A stretch of 64,000 nt of DNA, taken from IMG/VR virus record IMGVR_UViG_3300034105_003891, positions 2,593-66,592 of that record; one strand, given 5' to 3'. Shown here piece after piece: positions 11,688 to 23,276 of this stretch. The DNA is from a virus. The notes under the pieces are model-generated. The model did no database searches and was not told where the DNA came from. It worked only from the letters and a program-made list of their open reading frames with translations. How positions within the stretch are numbered: position 1 is the first letter of the stretch; every line of letters begins with the position of its first letter. Made by a program: the position numbers and the translations under genes.

Positions 11688-14600
11688 GTGGTGTGCATCA
11701 TGCCTGCACAGTTACACCGTCGGCAACGGTGTTTCGGATGATGCATCATGTATGCCTTTCTTTTCCATATGACATCTTCATGCCTGCCTTATGGTAAACA
11801 CCGTGGCTAAAACTTTAACGATTCTTATCGTTTGTATCTAAAACCTATTCCGTATATTTGCTCTGTAATTAAAATCAAAATTAAATGAAAACAGAAACAC
11901 ACAAAATAGGAGACAAGGACAAGATATACAAAGTATCCGAGTCCGGTACCTATTACTCAGAAGAAACACCGGATGAGGTTATTAGAGTTTTAGAATCTCT
12001 TAGAAGTACCGATCAAAGAATCAAAATCTATCTTGGTGACAGAGTGACAGGTCGGGATTGGATGGAGGAGGATGGAAAGATAGGTAAGGCGGGCAGAAGC
12101 TCAGGTCCTATCAAAATACCTTTACTTATCCGAACTATTAATAGCCACGGTGGAGGTTCAATTATGGAAGACTCCATAGTTAAGATAGCAACCTCTCCGG
12201 CAGCATCATCAATAGTTCTATACCAGCATCCGAGGTATCATCAACCGGAAATGGTAATAAGAGAGGAAGGATTACCAGATAAGCCACAGTACACTCACAC
12301 AGTTAGAATCGACGGTGAAACATATAGCCGACACACATCGGAAAGATCAGCACAGAGATTGGTCGCATTATTACGATAAAAACTTTAACGAAAAATAACC
12401 AGAAAATTATTTTTTTATCTAAACGGAATTTTATACATTTACGAAGTAATTAATTAAACACTTAAATACAATCACCATGAACAAGAATGAAAAAAAAGGC
12501 GGAAACGCTACAGTAGCAACTCCAGTTGCAAAAGTTGAAAAAATGGCAAAAGCGGTTGTCAAAGAAACTGCTCAAGTAGAAGGTCCAGAGGCTTCAGTAG
12601 CAGAGGTGCCAGTACCGGTTGTACCACACATTGAAGGTGCATTCGAAGTTGGTTCAAGAATTGAAACTTCTTTAATCTCTCCGCTAAAAGTTTTCGGAAA
12701 GAAAGAAGCTACAGGTACTCCGGCTCAAATGAAGCCATGTGCTGCAATCATCTTGGAAAAGTTGGCCATCGCAGGTCCTACTGGTACTAACTTGATTAGA
12801 GTTAAAAAACCAGGTTCAACTCGTATCTTCTACACAACTGAGGAAAACCTAATCGTAGGAGAAGGTGCACCAACAGCGGTGGTAACGGCTCCAGTCGTTA
12901 AGGAAGAAAAACCAGCTCCTGCTCCAAAAGCAAAAGCTCAAAAAGCAGAAAAAGCTGAGGTTGTTGCAGAAGTTGCTGAGTAATCAGTACTGCCAACGGT
13001 ATTAAAAGAGGCTTCGGCCTCTTTTTTTATGGAATCAAAATGCATGTGTATCCAATTCCACCGCCGGCAACGGTGTATCACATCTGCCTATTCATTTATA
13101 TGTCAAAATCAATCCTGATAAATTTTAACGATTTTATTTGTGGTTATTTAAAATGTATATCTTATATTTGCATGTAATTAAAATCAAAACATTATGAGCA
13201 AAGAAACAAAAACAACAGAGGTAGAGGAAGTAGATTTCATTCTTGAGTTAAATGAGGAACTTAAGAAATTAGAAGACATTAGGGAATTATACATTGATAA
13301 ATGGGGATTTCGAGATTTAGATGGGATCGATGAGAGAATACTCAAGGATATTAAAATCCCAATATTGGACGGTGGTCAGGAATGTGGTAAAGTTGATATT
13401 GGCGAATATATCAGCTTATATCTCGATGATATTAAATATCGGGGAAAACCTGAGAGAGTCTTTTCAAAGAAAAGAAACCCATTCGAAGGGCCAAAAGAAA
13501 TACCAATCTTCAACGGTGATAAGTCAGGGCCACGAGAATTTTTAAAATGCGAAATATCGAAGGAGGATGAAGAGAAGATCTCAAATTTCGAGAGTAAGCA
13601 TATAAAATCAGAGGGACCGAGCGATACCGTAATTGGTGAATTATTCAGGGCATTCCAAAGAATCGAATATAGAGCCGGCAACGACGGTGACAACTTCATG
13701 TGTATTGGAACACCAAGTTTTGAATCGTTTCTTTATATTATGTCAACTATTGATATAATCAATTGGAGCTGGCTGTACGATAAGAAAATTGAATTGAAAA
13801 ATCCATTATTGCAATATTGGGTTTCTGATAACAGAATTTGCTGGGAGGGAGCATTATTTGAAATTAAATTTATCCAATTGGTTTTTATTGAATTATTAGA
13901 AACCGGGGTGATAACAGACAGAAAGAATGATATGGATTCTAGAAATTTTATGCAAATAAAATCCAATAATAATCGTTGGTAATTGGAAAAGATTTCTTAT
14001 ATTTGCATGTAATTAAAATCAAAACAACATGGAAAAGAAATTATTTTGTGTGATGTTCACCAGTCAGGATGACTGGGATTCACCAGAGGCAGTATTTGTT
14101 AATGCATCAGACAGGGACAAAGCTTTTTCCGCAGCTTTGAGGAAGATAGGATTTACTGAAGAGGAAGCTGAGGCGGTGAAGGAGGAAGGTAGCTTCAATG
14201 ACCTTGTTATCGAGGTGGATGATGTCATTGAGGAGGATTATCAACCAACGGAGGAATAATGGGAACAGGTAAAAGAAAGGACCCACTTCTAGGTTTATTC
14301 CTAGCGATGGTGATAACGCCAGCGGTGTTTTGCATTCTGACAATACCTCACATATCACTAATGCTTTTCGGCGTTGGATTTGTCTACCATCAAGTATGGA
14401 TATTATTTTGTTCATTTGTTTCGATAATAATTGGTCATTTAATATGTAATAAAATAAATTGTTAATATGGAAAAAATAATACAATGGCACAATGAAGCCA
14501 TCTACGGTGGTAACAACGACAAAGCACTAAACCTAGAGATGGCAAGGGAGTTAGGTAAGATGACTTCAATCACCTATGATGAATACACAAAGATGTGTAA

Positions 14601-16056
14601 GAGAATGGGTATAAGCCCAATGAGGGATGAAACATTCATAATAAAATATGGAAAACTTTAACGTTTTAAATCATTATGATTTAAAATAGATTTCATATAT
14701 TAGCTATGTAATTAAAATCAATCACATCATGACACAATTTAAACCAGGAGACCCAGTAAGGGTAACGCAAGTATCGAAATCTCAATTCAATCCGCAACCA
14801 ACGAAGGTTGGTATAGGACACGTCTACGCCCGACGCAATCAGAATAACAACCTGTCACTTTATGTGGCAGTGGCATGGGAAGATGGGAATTGTTGCAATG
14901 GTCTATTAACTTCCTTCACCACGGTGGAAAGTATCGACATCACAAGACGTTAATGAAACATTTGATATTATTCCTGCTATAATATTTGTTAAGTAGGATT
15001 TAAAGATTCAATTTGATATTCATGTTATGTTTTAAAGGAGCTACCCGGCTCCTTTTTTTCTGGATAAAACATACTATCTTAGTAACATACTATGTCCGCG
15101 AGCGTACTTTAACGTTTGGCCTCGTGCGTATATGAAAAGGATTTCTTATATTTGCTTTATAATTAAATGGAACATGAAGTTTTTTCTTGCCACATCAGAC
15201 GATATGCAAAAGCTAAGGGATAAGGTTAATGACTTCCTGGGAGAACATCCTAGTATCGTTATCCATAGTCATCAATTCGCAACATGCGGAACACAAAGTA
15301 AGAATAAATACGTTTCCATATTTTATGATGATGCACCAGAATATTTAACAATCAAAAATAAAAAAGATGACACAGGAGAAGAAAGATCTTTATAAAAGGA
15401 TCAAAGCAAAAGCAAAGGATAGAGGAGTAAAAACAGTGGACGAGTTACAGAATCTAATCGCAGATGAGTTTGACAACGACGGTGTAACTGGAGCAGACTT
15501 TGAATTCATCAAAGACTCGCTAAGGCTTAAGAGGTTTTAATTACACACACTTCTTTTTTGAAGAGGGCTTTCTTTTTAAGAAAGCCTTTTTTGTGTGCAA
15601 GAATATGGAAAAAGCATGGACATGCATGATTTCACCGCCGGCGACGGTGTGTGAGATGAATCAGGATTAATTCGGAAATTATTCGGATTAATCCGCGGCA
15701 TTTAAAAAAGATTCCATATATTTGCATCATGGTAACAAACACATTCATATATTATAATCATTTCAAGGAAATAAACAAATTCCTTATGGCTGCTTATTTC
15801 ATCGACGGTGAAACCTATGAGATATTTGAGGTGTTTGAAGATAACAGGAAATATATCTATGGTAACTTCCTTATCAATTATGTCATATCCGGGGTATATG
15901 AAGATCGGGCTACACCACAGGGATTTCCTATGAGTGATATAGAAATAAAAAAGATATTAAAGATTACCCAACCGTTAAAGTTTAAACAAATCCAGTAATA
16001 ATTTTTTTACTAAGAAATAAATTTGTATATTTGCATGTAATTAAAAAACAAACATC

Positions 16057-16242
16057 ATGAACGAAAAATTAAAAGGCAAGAGAATCACATTGATAAGAAT
16101 GGGCGATGATCCAAATCCCATTAAGGCAGGCGAACAGGGAACTATCCGGGGTGAAGATGGAATGGGACATATTCATGTTGATTGGGATAATGGAAGAGGA
16201 TTAGCACTAATCCCCGGTGTGGACATGTACAAGATAGAATAA
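16057..16242 (+). CDS. DUF4314-like protein
   Basis: GxxGT...D..G.IHVDWDNG..L.LIPGVD pattern. Confidence 0.7.
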   Translation: MNEKLKGKRITLIRMGDDPNPIKAGEQGTIRGEDGMGHIHVDWDNGRGLALIPGVDMYKIE

Positions 16243-16892
16243 TAATTGGTTATGTTTTAATTCAGAATTAGGCTTTCTTTATAAGAAAGCCTTTTTTGTG
16301 ACCAAAGGCAACATGCCTCTCAGAAGCACCGCCGTCGACGGTGGAAGATGTGAAAAGACATCCGGATGATGAGGAAGAACATGCAATGATAAAGAAAGCA
16401 TATCTTAATGCATGTATCCGCCCACCGCTGGTACATACTATGTTAGTAACATACTATCTACGCGCATGAATTTTAACGGTTTATATCGTGGCAACTAATA
16501 AGGTTTTATTATATTTGTATGTAATTAAAACAATTAAACATGGAAGAACAAATTAGAGAAGCAAGAGCATATTTTGGAGAACACCTATCTCACATGCACA
16601 TTAATCAGGTAAAAGATTCTGTTATAGCCGAACTCCTCGGGAGAGACTATATCCAAAGGCTAACATTCGATAGAAGAATGGATTGCCTTTATGATTATTT
16701 GCTTTCCCAATCTCTTTGTGATGTGACCGAATAAATCACATGAAAACACATATTCACCGCCGGCCGAGGTGTTCCGATGGAGCCGGATGGAGGAAAAAAA
16801 TTATCATGGGCACTTTGAAAATTTAACGTTTTATATCGTTTGTAATAAACTATTATGCCTTATATTTGCAAAGTAATTAAAATCAAAACATC

Positions 16893-17135
16893 ATGCAAGA
16901 AATCACACACACCCAATTAAAGACTCTCTTAAAGGACGGACCTTTAAGATTTTCCTTCTTCAAAACCAACGGTGAACTAAGGGAAGCCTATGGCACAACA
17001 AGCTTATCAAGAATTCCTCAGTCAGCCCACCCAAAAGGTGGCGACGGTCCTAGAGGAGCAACCTGCTATTTTGATTTGGACAAGGATGCTTGGAGAGCAA
17101 TAGGTGGTAATCAAATAATTATGTTAAATGAATAA
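16893..17135 (+). CDS. WYL_2/DUF2693-like SH3 beta-barrel protein
   Basis: F.F.K.NGELREAYGT...YFDLDKDAWR pattern. Confidence 0.7.
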   Translation: MQEITHTQLKTLLKDGPLRFSFFKTNGELREAYGTTSLSRIPQSAHPKGGDGPRGATCYFDLDKDAWRAIGGNQIIMLNE

Positions 17136-20132
17136 ACATGTAATCATAAGCCAAACACGAATCCTGTTAAACTCCGCGGGATTCGATGATATGGAATACA
17201 CCATAAGCTTACAGGGTCCAACGGTGATAATGGGAGAAGCCATGGAAGAAAAATTAACCGATGAATTAAGAGAAGAAATTCTAAAAACAGGAATGAAATT
17301 TTTATAACCAGCATATCTGCTTATGTTAGGTTATAGCCAAGGGGAGACATTTGAGAGTCTCCCTTTTTTTGTGGCATGAATTAGGTCCGGATACTTGTCC
17401 ACCGTCGACAACGGTGTATATGAATTCACATGCATTTTGATTCAGGATGAAGCAAGCAATTGTATATTATTGTATATTCCGAATCGGATGATGAGAAACA
17501 CCGTGAGAAAACTTTAACGTTTCCTATCGTTTGTTATCAATTATTATATCTTATATTTGCTAAGTAATTAAAACAAACAGATATGAAAAAAGATTCAGTT
17601 CAAACAGCGGCTAATGTTGCAAAGGTAGGATTAATTATTATGTGGGTATTTTTTATGATCGCACTAATTAAATCCCACGTTTAAATAATATAGAATCATG
17701 GCAAAAGAACTCACAATCATTAAAGAGAGAAGAGGTACCGAGACCGAGGTAACTGGCACCATTGGATATCTAATAGATTACTTCAGATACACTTTGGAAG
17801 TTGGTCAATCATGGGAACATGAAAAAGGCAATTCAAAAATCAATACAAATCCAAAATCTGGAGAAGCATTGGTTAAGAATCTTAATAACGCAAAAAGAAA
17901 CTCTGCAGCAAACGGAAACCCAGCGGAATATTTTAGACTTAGGAATTAAATAAATGATATGGAAAAATTTAAAGCAGGAGACATGGTAACCGTGGAAACG
18001 GAAAATTCCACAGGTATCGGATTTGTTTATAACACAGACTCAGCACAGCCTGAATGCGGGGTTCTTAGAGTATCGGTGGCTTGGAGCAACGGTGGATGCA
18101 GCGATGGCTTCGCGATTTCTGAATTCAAGAAGATAGAGAAATCCGGGGTGCTTACCGAAGAGAAAGGAAAGGCTATAATCGAAGAATTACATGAATTTGC
18201 TTCAGCTGTGGATAAGTATTCATTAGGCCTACCTGACTTCGCTGACCACACTGGAGAAATGATTCATATAATCCGAATCGGTCTGATCGCCGAGACCGTG
18301 GACTAAACTTTAACGCTTTTTATCGTTGTGATTACAAATAATTTATTACTTTTACTAAGTAATTAAAACCAATCATTATGAACATAACAACTTTTACTCT
18401 AACACAAGAGCAAATCGATGCAGTAGATATAGGGATCTACGGTAGTTTAGAAAACGCTAAAAAAGAAAAAGCCGAAGAGGATAAGCTATGGTGCAAATGC
18501 GAAGACACTGACCACGGTGCTTACTATGTACCAGACGGTCAACACCACGAATGCCACAAGCACCATTGGCGTTGTCATAATTGTAAAAAAATAGTTCAGA
18601 TAGGCTAAACTTTAACGAAATTTATCATTGCAGGGTAAAAGATTATTATTACTTTTACCCTGCAATTAAAATCAACTCATTATGGCTAAGATAACATTAA
18701 GACAACAATTGGAAGCATTCGATAGCGGTAAGTACCTAGATTCCGACGGTAAAGAAAGCTGGTGCTTCAACTTCTATGACTGGTTCTGTAAAGATGAATC
18801 TCTAAAAAGAAAAGCTGATACTCTTTTCAAACAGGTTAAGAAATTCGTAGCAGCAAACCCTGACATTGACCAGGATAAGCACTATATGTTCTTCAAGAAC
18901 AACTGTCCTGCTAATGGACCACTTTATGATGATTTCAGAATTTGTGACATTCAGGAGGGTGATGTTCAGTACAATGTGACCGCCAAGAGTGGACATAGTG
19001 GACAGGCCGAGGTGTACTCCAGATCCAATGGATTTAAAGAACCGGTAAGAACAGGAAAAACATTCACAGATTTAATAAGAACTAAATTATAAAAATATGA
19101 TAGGAATAATAATAACCTTTGTGATTGCATATATCATATCTTCTCTGGTAAGGTCTGAAAATGAGAGAGGAAGCGTATTCACTGATGCAATATTAGTAAC
19201 AGCTTTTGTAACATTATTTGAGTATCTAACTGGCGGAAGTATCCTATAAATAGCAAGAATTATCACTTTTGGGCCTCGTGTAAGCGAGGTCCTTTTTTTG
19301 TGGGTAAACGCTAAGCAATCCTGAAAGATGCTGTTACACCGATGACGACGGTGTTCCGGATGATGCATCAGGTATGCCTAATACATGAATTCTTTATGCT
19401 TGCCTTGTGGTAAACACCGTGAGAGAAACTTTAACGTTTGACATCATGGTTATAAAGAAAAGATTCCATATATTTGCTCTATAATTAAAACTAATCATTA
19501 TGACAATCAATCTAATCACTGAAAAAGAGCATGGTCAATTACTTGGGATATTTAAAGAATTTCCCAAGTTAACTTTACAAAATAAAGGCTATGAGTACAT
19601 AGGAAAAAATAATCTAACTGAAATGGAAAAAACTAAAATTATCGAGATTGAATCAATATTGAAAAGATCAATCCACGGTTTTAGTAGCTTTACCAACTTC
19701 AAGCTTGATGATAAAACACAGGAAATAAAAATACGCTTACAGTACGACTATGCCAGCGACGGTGGAAATGGTGCTCATTACTTTATAGGTGTTGGTTATA
19801 TTCTGTTGGATGAACTTTTAAATGGATTTAAAAATTAAAAAATGGCAATAGTAAACATCGATGAATTAAAGGTTGGGAATAAGGTTTGTTATGTACCTGA
19901 CCACGGAAAACCAAAGAATGGTATCATCAAAGAAATACCAGAGCACACCAAGCTTGCTGTTAGAGTTGTATATAACTGCAACGGTGAATGGCACAGATAT
20001 CAGGAGTACACCTCAGCAATGACATCTTTAAGAGATTTAGAAATAGGCTGGAAGTATTAAACTTTAACGTTTAATATCGTGCATATCTCATAAGCATTTC
20101 TTATATTTGCTCGGTAATTAAAACATATACAA

Positions 20133-20402
20133 ATGAGAAAATTCAAATACACAATATTAACACTGGCACTTATCCTAAGCCTATCCAGCTGCGCAGGTAC
20201 TGAGACCGTTGACGCTTGCTTGCAGGGACACACGTATGGATTTTGGAGCGGTTTTTGGCATGGTCTTATAACACCATTTAGTTTTATAGGATCATTGATC
20301 TGGGACGGCGTATCAGTCTATGCTGTTAACAACAACGGTGGATGGTACGATTTTGGTTTTCTGCTCGGAGTAGGAGGTTTGGGGTTTGGTGCAAATAGAT
20401 AA
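20133..20402 (+). CDS. Small membrane lipoprotein
   Basis: Lipobox LSSC; GFWxGFWHG...GGWYDFGFLLG. Confidence 0.7.
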   Translation: MRKFKYTILTLALILSLSSCAGTETVDACLQGHTYGFWSGFWHGLITPFSFIGSLIWDGVSVYAVNNNGGWYDFGFLLGVGGLGFGANR

Positions 20403-22183
20403 GAGTTAGGGTTTCCATAATACCTTAAATGTGGTTGGTTTTGATGAAAGGAAGGCTTCGGTCTTCCTTTTTTTGTGGTATTAAACGAGGGCTTCGTACT
20501 GCCCACCGATGTCAACGGTGTGGTAGGATTATGTAGGAGAAATTGATTTATCCGCAGGAGATTTTACTTTTTCAAACGGGTCCTGTGGAGAAACACCGCG
20601 AGAGAAACTTTAACGTTTGGTATCATTATCGATTCGAAAATGTTTCTTATATTTGCTTAGTAATTAAAAACCAATCATTATGATAAAACTTTGGATGTTA
20701 GTATTATTTGGATATGGCATTTACCTTGTCTTATTTAAGAAAGACCCTGTGCCGCCGGAATATATCCCAGCAGAAAGCAAGACCCAGAAAGATACTATGT
20801 TAGTAACATACTATCCTCGCGGGGGCAACGGTGCAAGACATGAGCCACATAGAAGACTTACACCAGGAGCAATAAGACTCCTGGCAAAGAACCATAAGGT
20901 ACCGAAGCCCTTTGATGAAAACTTCCTGGATAAGAACGCAGAGGTCACACCCTTCCTAGAGGTATAGATTGCTAACCTAAAACCGGGGTGCATCCCATGA
21001 GCCTGATTCGAAAGAGTCAGGCTTTTTTTATGCAGACATGTTTTGGCATGTAAATGGATGATGTATCCGATCACAGTCGTCCTCGGTGGAGTTGAAGGCA
21101 GGAAAAAGATATAAAAAAGTGATACCAAAGATTGTGCTAGTAGAATCGGAACACCGCCGTCCTCGGTGGAATTCCAGATGCAATCCAATGAGTGTTCCGA
21201 TTGGAATCTGGATAGGGATTCAATGGGAAACACCGTGAGAAAAACTTTAACGTTTCATTTCGTGGTTTATTAAAATAATTATCCTATATTTGCCAAGTAA
21301 TTAAAACCAATCAATATTATGAAAACACGCACAAAAATTCAAGTTAAAAATGGAAGATGGGTAATCAACGGTAAGACACTTGACGAATACAAAGGTGATA
21401 GATGGGCTATGGCATCTCTTCTAATGTCAAACTTCAAAGTCAACCAGATCCAAACACCGGTGGACGAATCGCACTTCGCATCTATCACCTTTGCTGATGC
21501 CATATCCGCGGTGAACCGATCACATCTCAAGGCACACAATCACATCTTTAAAAACCTCGGGGCACCTGCTAAAACCACAATCCCTGATTTCGCTGAGGGT
21601 TATCCAAACATAGCCTCGGTGAGCTTTGTGAGAGCGCTTGGAGAAGAATAACTCTAACAGTACTTTAACGGTTTAGATTTTTTTATCTAAACCGTTATCA
21701 TTATATTTGCTTGGTAATTAAAACTAATCAACATCATGACAGAAACCCAACTTGAGAGGGAAGTGCTAATGCACTTAGAAAACGCGGCCTGCATAGGAAG
21801 AACACCTCAGGATTACTCAGACTATTGTAAAAGACTTGCCCGAGGTCTTATGGTTGCGATAAACAAATACAAAGAGACAGAGAAGGTAATAGAAACCGTC
21901 GAAGAATAATCATACCTGTCAACGGTGTAGAAGAAGAGGCTCAGCCTCTTTTTTTGTGGGCTTTTGACATGAAATGCAAAGGCAGATAGGACTCACCGTT
22001 GCCCTCGGTGAAAGCGACTGTAAACACCTGTAAACACCTGGACATACTATATTAGTAACATACTCTGCACGCGGGAAGAAGATGAGGGCTTCTCTATATG
22101 AATCTCTCATACACTTACACCGACGCCGACGGAGGGTCTGCGTATTGCCTCTTTTAAATTTTCTGTATTTCCCAATAGGACAA

Positions 22184-22263
22184 CAAGAAAGGATCCGGTA
22201 GATAAACTACCAGATCCTCCTTACTAACCATTAAACCAAACAGGATGACTAAATCCTCAATTT
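22184..22263 (-). ncRNA. Putative ~80-nt small RNA from an inverted early-promoter cassette
   Basis: Minus-strand TATATTTG 22272-22279; hairpin 22191-22217 followed by a T-rich run; no ORF contained between them. Confidence 0.5.
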
Positions 22264-22811
22264 TAACAGAGCAAATATAAGAAATCATTTTTGAATTCGC
22301 ACGATACCAAACGTTAAAGTTCATCAACGGTGGGCAACATCTTGAAAGCATCATGAAAAATCCTCGTCAACGGTGGGTTACATCTTGCAGCATCATTGCA
22401 ACATCTTGCAGCATCATCACTCACCGTGAGAAAACTTTAACGTTTTATTTCATAATTTATTAAAATGATATTCTTATATTTGCTAATAATTTAAAAAATC
22501 AAATATGAGAAGTATAGAAGATTTAAGAGGAAGAGAATTTATCCATTACCAGGACGAATCCATAATTTACGTTGTGGGTAGAGGAAAAGATGGTAAGACT
22601 GTTATTCACTGGAAAGATGAAGCAAATACTACAGTTTACAGGGATGGACAAATAATGGATTTTTTTGAAAGAACAGTGTGGATTTTATTGTAAAAAAGTT
22701 GCATTCGATCTATTAAAGGAGAGCTTATTAATTTATTAATAAGCTTTTTTCGATATATCCCTGCACTCACCGTTTATTACATTTATATACACTTTAAACT
22801 CAATCACAACC

Positions 22812-23276
22812 ATGAAAAAACTCATTATCATCTTAGCTCTCACCCTCGGTGGAGCAGCTTCTGCTCAATGCAGAGCCCATTCAGATTCTCCTTCTTCAGT
22901 TTTCGCAACCTTCAGCGGTGGGTTTGCAAAGACGATGAACGCAGAATTATCATTAAGAATCAAATCAATTCATATTGGAGCCGGCGCCGGTGTGATGGTT
23001 GATAACACGCTGAGAGAGAAGAATGATATCATCTACACAAGAAACGATCATGCTTACTTCGTAAACCTCGGGTACCAGAAAGATAAAGTGTTCCTCGGTG
23101 GAAGAATCGGGAATCGAACTCTGGTTCATGTTACCAATATAAACAACCACATACCCGATGAACACGAATTTATGATAGGCGCACTTATCGGTTACTCCAT
23201 CACACCGCGAATGAGATTTAACCTAGGCTATGACTCATTCAACCAGGCCAACCTCGGTGTGGCATTTGGGTTGTAG
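22812..23276 (+). CDS. Secreted, outer-membrane beta-barrel-like protein
   Basis: Signal peptide cleaving before Q; alternating amphipathic strands; ends LGVAFGL. Confidence 0.55.
   Translation: MKKLIIILALTLGGAASAQCRAHSDSPSSVFATFSGGFAKTMNAELSLRIKSIHIGAGAGVMVDNTLREKNDIIYTRNDHAYFVNLGYQKDKVFLGGRIGNRTLVHVTNINNHIPDEHEFMIGALIGYSITPRMRFNLGYDSFNQANLGVAFGL

Larger units (their letters stand above)
7057..22066 (+). repeat. Dispersed 24-bp motif CATACTATGTTAGTAACATACTAT, 7 copies
   Basis: 7057, 7304, 9118, 15070, 16434, 20791, 22043; 0-3 mismatches; same strand. Confidence 0.9.

Noticed and set aside
7057-22066. dif/XerD site resemblance of CTATGTTAGTA
   Set aside because: Only a partial XerD-arm match; no XerC arm or 6-bp spacer geometry
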